In this document: positions 58,169 through 64,000 of the stretch, in pieces
Position numbering within the stretch: position 1 is the first letter of the stretch
Layout: the number at the start of each line of letters is the position of its first letter
Source of the DNA: Octopus vulgaris
Lineage: Eukaryota
Assembly: GCA_951406725.2 (NCBI GenBank)
Contig: OX597828.1
Coordinates: 70,556,001-70,620,000 of the forward strand
DNA length: 64,000 nucleotides
Direction: 5' to 3'
The notes under the pieces: model-generated
The model's input: the letters and a program-made list of their open reading frames with translations, nothing else
Told to the model about the DNA's origin: nothing
Databases searched by the model: none
Position numbers and translations under genes: made by a program

Positions 58169-58576
58169 CGGTCTGTATATAATGGATACTGCCAAAGAAT
58201 TGCTACATTTCCCCCCTCAATTACAGTCTCAGGTTGGTGCTTATGCCATTTGTCAACAGTTTTGGTTTTATAAATACGATATAATTACCAGCGGGAGATA
58301 TTGGCCAACTCTGTCATGTCTTGATTGGTACTCCACTGTTGCTTTTCTAAGCAGGAGGAACGAAACTAGCAGAGGACGCTTTCCCAAGCCTTGGAGGTGG
58401 CAGAATAATGCGGAATGTTTTGTTGGAATTACCCCGGATTACCGTAAGTGGACTGCCCCGCTATAGGGGATTCTATTTATTTGTTTGTTTATTGTTTATT
58501 TCTCACCTTTCTGTCATATCCTTTAATGTGGTAGGATCTCCCCTTGATTGATGCTAAACCCCACATGTTTTTGTAA

Positions 58577-58612
<36 letters not shown>

Positions 58613-58749
58613 TATGTACTCGTCCTTCGATATAGTCCTCCATGTCTTGGGCCCTTGTGGCCAATAAAAGAAATCACCATCATCACCATCATCATCATCA
58701 TCATCATCAACATCATCATAATAATCATCACCATCATCATCATCATCAT

Positions 58750-58849
<100 letters not shown>

Positions 58850-58854
58850 GTCAC

Positions 58855-58896
<42 letters not shown>

Positions 58897-58916
58897 CTTC
58901 TTCCTCCTCCTCCTCC

Positions 58917-58947
<31 letters not shown>

Positions 58948-59595
58948 TTTCATTACACTCAACCCTATAGAAAGACGTATAGGATATTCTCACCTCGTTT
59001 TAAATCGTTAAAATTTCATTATATACTTAACACTTCTAATACCTGATGTTGTTGCTGCTGTTGTTGTTGTTGTTGTTATTGGTGGTGGTGGTGGTGGTGG
59101 TGATCGTGGTAGTGGTGGTCGTGGTGATGGTGTTGGCGGCAGCAGCGAGGTTGTTAATGAGGATGATAATGACCGATGATCATGATGATGATGCCTACAA
59201 ATTTATATGTGGTCCGTGGCTTATGTCTCATTTATATGTACTGTATATTGTTGGTGTTGTTGCTGATGTTGTGCGCGCATGCGCATGTGTGTGTGTGTAT
59301 GTGTAAGTGCATGCGCTTGTGCGCGGGTATAGTTGTAATTATACAAGCGTTTGTTTATATTTTGCTTTAAGTTTAGAGTAGCGTGACTGTGTGTAATGTA
59401 AAAGAATATACATGTATATATACACACAATTATAAATATATATACATATATACATACACAGATATATACCCATATATAAATGTGTGTGTGTAAACTACAT
59501 ATATATGTGTGTGTGTGTATACATATATAAACATACATATACACGTTTACACACATACATATCTACCACATATGTACACATATATATATATGTAA

Positions 59596-59636
<41 letters not shown>

Positions 59637-59686
59637 TATACATACATATATATCTTTACATACATACACACACACACACACACACG

Positions 59687-59730
<44 letters not shown>

Positions 59731-60964
59731 GTATGTATGTATATGTACATTTACATACTTATATGCATAAATACATATATATACATATGTATGTATGTGT
59801 GTAAAATAAAGGGAAATTCTGGGTAGAAGCCATTCATCATCACCATCGCCATCATCAACATCATCATCATCATCAACACTCTCTTCCACCTCCACACCCC
59901 TTCCATTCTCCCCACCATTCAACGTGTTTACTTAACAATTAATTGTCTTTTCGACTCACTTATTCTCTCAGCTACCAAATACACCCCACAAACATTCTAC
60001 CCGCTTCTACCCCATCACCACCCCGACCATCTACAGACATTCCTACACCACTCTACTACCACCACCACCACCACCACCACGATTCACTACACACGCACGC
60101 GCACACACACCTATACCCACATGTAAACGCACACATCCTCCGCCTCGCCACTACCCGCTTCCCACCCCTTTTCGACACATCTGCCTACGAAACAGATGTG
60201 GTATATCCATTGAGATAGATATCCTGACGCATGGAGTTCTAATTGAAGAGATCTGGGCCCAGGTAAATCATGGGACCGACAGCGGCGGAGGCGGCGGTGG
60301 TGGTGGTGGTGGTGATGGCGATGGTGGTTGTGGTGGTGGTAGTAAGGTAGTGGTAGTGGTGGTTGTTGTAGCTATGATGGTGGTGGCGATGGTGGTGGTA
60401 GTGCTGCTGATGGTGCTGACGGTGTAATGATGATGGCTGCTGTAATGGTTGTGGTGCTGCGGGCCGTAGTAGTGATCGGGGTGGTGGTGGTGGTGGAAGA
60501 GAAATGGCTGACCACCATGGCCACCATCAACACCACCATGGCCACCACTAACGACCCCATGATCTGCTACATTAAAAACGATACGATCACCAACGAACAG
60601 TGATGAATTTGCTGCTGTTTCTGTCGTTGGCGTTATTGTTGTTGTTGTTTCCGTTGCTGTTCTTCTTGTTGTTGCAATCCTTTATCTCTGTTACTCTTGT
60701 TCTGATCAAGCAGACTCTATGATGTAAGGCATTCCATCCACAACCATCCCATTATATTTTCAGCCATTGCACCATCAAGGACGACATAATGCAATGTCTA
60801 TCCTTTCTGCTGGTTTTGCATTCGGAGGGCAGTTGGCTGCCATTTCTGTTTCAACTTTTACATTTCAAACGGCATTGTACCGGCTTTTGAACTATTCCAG
60901 TTTTAACCTCAATTGTGGGTTTCAAGTTTTGGCACAAGGCTGGAAATTTGGAGGGGAGGGGGCA

Positions 60965-61128
60965 TAAGTCGATTACATCGACCCCCAGTGCTCAACTTAT
61001 TTTATCGTCCCCTAAAGGATGAAAGGCAAAATCACCACGGTAGAATTTGGGATCAGAATGGAAAGCCGGACGAAAAGTCGCTAAGCATTTTACCCGGTGT
61101 GCTAACGATTTTGCCAGCTTGCCACCTT
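60965..61128 (-). mobile_element. SINE family A (diverged)
   Basis: aagtcgattacatcgaccccc...ggatgaaaggcaaa...ttgccagcttgccacc. Confidence 0.7.
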
Positions 61129-61180
61129 ATTTCAACTTTAAATATCACACGACTACATTATGCTACTGTGTATATGTGTG

Positions 61181-61212
<32 letters not shown>

Positions 61213-61515
61213 TGTATGTATGTATGTATGTATGTATGCATCTATGTATGTATGTATGTATGTATGCATCTATGTATGTATGTATGTATGTATGCATCTA
61301 TGTATGTATATATGTATGTATGTATGCATGCATGCATGTATGTATGTATGTATGTATTATGTGTAACAGAAGAAGAATAAAAATAGGCATTTGTGTATCA
61401 TACTTAACGCAACTACATTACGGAAGGCCAACTTAACTACGGAGATAAAATATCTTCCGGACGCTCTGTGTTAAATAACACAAGTATATATCAGTAGCAG
61501 ACGATGTATCTACGG

Positions 61516-61638
61516 CAGTGCTTCTTAAACTTTTTTCATTCATGACCCCATTTTTCATCACGAGATTTTTCGCGACCCCAGGTATTAAATATGAAATAAA
61601 ACATCCAAATAAATACATAAATCATTTACACACACACT

Positions 61639-61724
<86 letters not shown>

Positions 61725-61856
61725 CTTTATTTTAAGCAGCAGAAAATTCAACAGATTTTGTTGAATTTTCTGCTGCTTAAAATAAAGCATATTACTCTAC
61801 CACTGGTATTTGAGTACTCTTTTTTCCACCTTGTTTCACATTTATGTGTTTACTCC

Positions 61857-61908
<52 letters not shown>

Positions 61909-61924
61909 ATCTCACCGTTTTTAC

Positions 61925-61993
<69 letters not shown>

Positions 61994-62136
61994 CTGAACA
62001 ATAAATATATAAAAGTAGTTATATTATTTGTCAAAATAAAAGTAGTTTTGGGATTTGTGCGTTTGTGACATAACATAAAAACTGAAATTCAAATGCTTGA
62101 ATTTAATTTTGGCGCCCCACGGTTTCAGAAGCGCTG
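61516..62136. mobile_element. hAT-type MITE with nested microsatellites and a hairpin insertion
   Basis: TIRs cagtgcttcttaaac / gtttcagaagcgctg (13/15); 8-bp TSD atctacgg (61508-61515) / atctacag (62137-62144). Confidence 0.8.
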
Positions 62137-62219
62137 ATCTACAGTAAAAGTCAACGAGCATAACTTAAGCTCTATTTCCTCTCAAACCTTTATTAGCCAT
62201 TTAACGTTCGTAACGAATG

Positions 62220-62550
62220 AAGGAACGTGGTTTAGTATTTAGGATATTCAGCTCACTATCACAAGGTCGTGAGTTCGATTTTCGCCGGCGCGTTGTGTCC
62301 TTGAGCAAGACACTTTACTTCACGTTGCTCCAATCCACTCAGCTGGCAAAAATAAGACGTATCTGTATTTCAAAGAGCCAGCTTTCTGTTTCGTTTTATT
62401 CCGTGTCACGCTGAATCTCCCTGAGAATTACGTTAAGCAAGCGTACGCATGTCTGCGGAGCACTCAGCCACTTGCACATTAATTTCACGAGCACACATGT
62501 TCCGCCGATCGGATCAACTGAAGCACTCGTCGTCGTAACCGACTGTGGAC
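62220..62550 (+). mobile_element. SINE family C
   Basis: gagttcgatt; ccttgagcaagacactt; cactcagctggcaaaa; tail aatttcacgagc...gtcgtcgtaaccgac. Confidence 0.85.
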
Positions 62551-62801
62551 CAGTTAATGTTTTTAATAACCATTTAATGGTTTATGGCATCGAAAGTTAT
62601 AATATCCAGCTGACAATTTAATTATCATTTAATGAGTTAATAAACACGTTTTGTTTTAATAACAATACAATAATAATTTAAAACTCACCTCATCCTGTAT
62701 TAATCATAATTTAATAACAAAGAAAATGCTGTTAAGCAATTAATACTTTCAAATCGTCTGACAGCATTAATCAGCCGATGTTTTGATGGCCATCTTATGT
62801 T

Positions 62802-63292
<491 letters not shown>

Positions 63293-63494
63293 TATGTGCA
63301 TATTTCTTTTAATAAATCTTTAATATTTTATTAATTGTTTAATATTCCTAGAACAATTAGTATTTTTAGAAAAATAATTAACTTTTCAACTATTGTACTG
63401 ACCCTGTAACAGCATTCGACGCTTTACGGAAACATCGGATTCATTATATTAAAGAGCTAAGGAAAGATTTCTGTGTGCTTGTTAATATTACACG

Positions 63495-63600
63495 AGGTGA
63501 CTAAGAGGATTGGCAACGGGAAGGGCATCCGGCCGCAAACCATTACCCCAAAATATTCCTCCAGTTCATGCCAGCGTGGAAAAACGGACGCAAAACGAAG
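63495..63600 (+). mobile_element. SINE/LINE 3' tail fragment ending in (GAT)n
   Basis: ggaagggcatccggccg...catgccagcgtggaaaaacggacg; a related reverse-complement copy at ~47780-47880. Confidence 0.5.
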
Positions 63601-63648
63601 ACGGCGGTTTCGATGACGATGACGACGACGACAATGAGGATAATAACA

Positions 63649-63682
<34 letters not shown>

Positions 63683-63798
63683 CGACAATGAGGAAAATAA
63701 AAATGATGATGATGATGATGATGATGGTAGTGGTGGTGACGATGTTGGTGGTGTTGGTGGCTGTGATTACGAGAGAGATGATTATAGCGATGATGGCC

Positions 63799-63830
<32 letters not shown>

Positions 63831-64000
63831 ATTGACGTATGTTTTCCTTGTCGTTTCTTCATTTTGTCGCTTTTGCTTGACTCACAACTACGTCACTCAC
63901 ATCACACCCAACTGTAAGTGTCTTTATCGTATTTGATTATTCATCCATCACTCTCAATCTTTAAACATATTTATATGCACACACACACACACACACATAT

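Noticed and set aside
60195-60268. Open frame CGISIEIDILTHGVLIEEIWAQ with a CAG|GTAAAT donor
   Set aside because: Weak acceptor and no recognisable homology.

Overview
Eukaryotic (animal) intronic/intergenic DNA, very rich in microsatellites ((TA)n, (CA)n, (TAGA)n, (TACA)n, (TAA)n, (CAT)n) and in short repeats. The SINE families and repeat spectrum resemble an octopus/cephalopod genome (inference from pattern recognition, not a database result). No intact protein-coding gene is visible, and almost the whole ORF track is microsatellite artefact. Supportable features: (i) three families of tRNA-derived SINEs, about 25 copies; (ii) decayed LINE fragments of the R4/Dong-like (restriction-like endonuclease), RTE and CR1 types; (iii) a Penelope-like RT fragment; (iv) a rearranged mariner and two hAT-type MITEs with 8-bp TSDs; (v) a ~550-bp non-coding element in three near-identical copies, always inside (TAA)n; (vi) a candidate promoter and first exon at ~22.4 kb. 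The most striking signal is about ten minimal type I hammerhead ribozyme motifs, some near-intact and some decayed. They sit in short Penelope-like units, mostly embedded in (TA)n and often arranged as long inverted repeats. R4/Dong-like elements and the 550-bp element instead occupy (TAA)n, so retroelements appear partitioned by microsatellite type. All folds, alignments and coordinates were done by eye; repeat boundaries are approximate.
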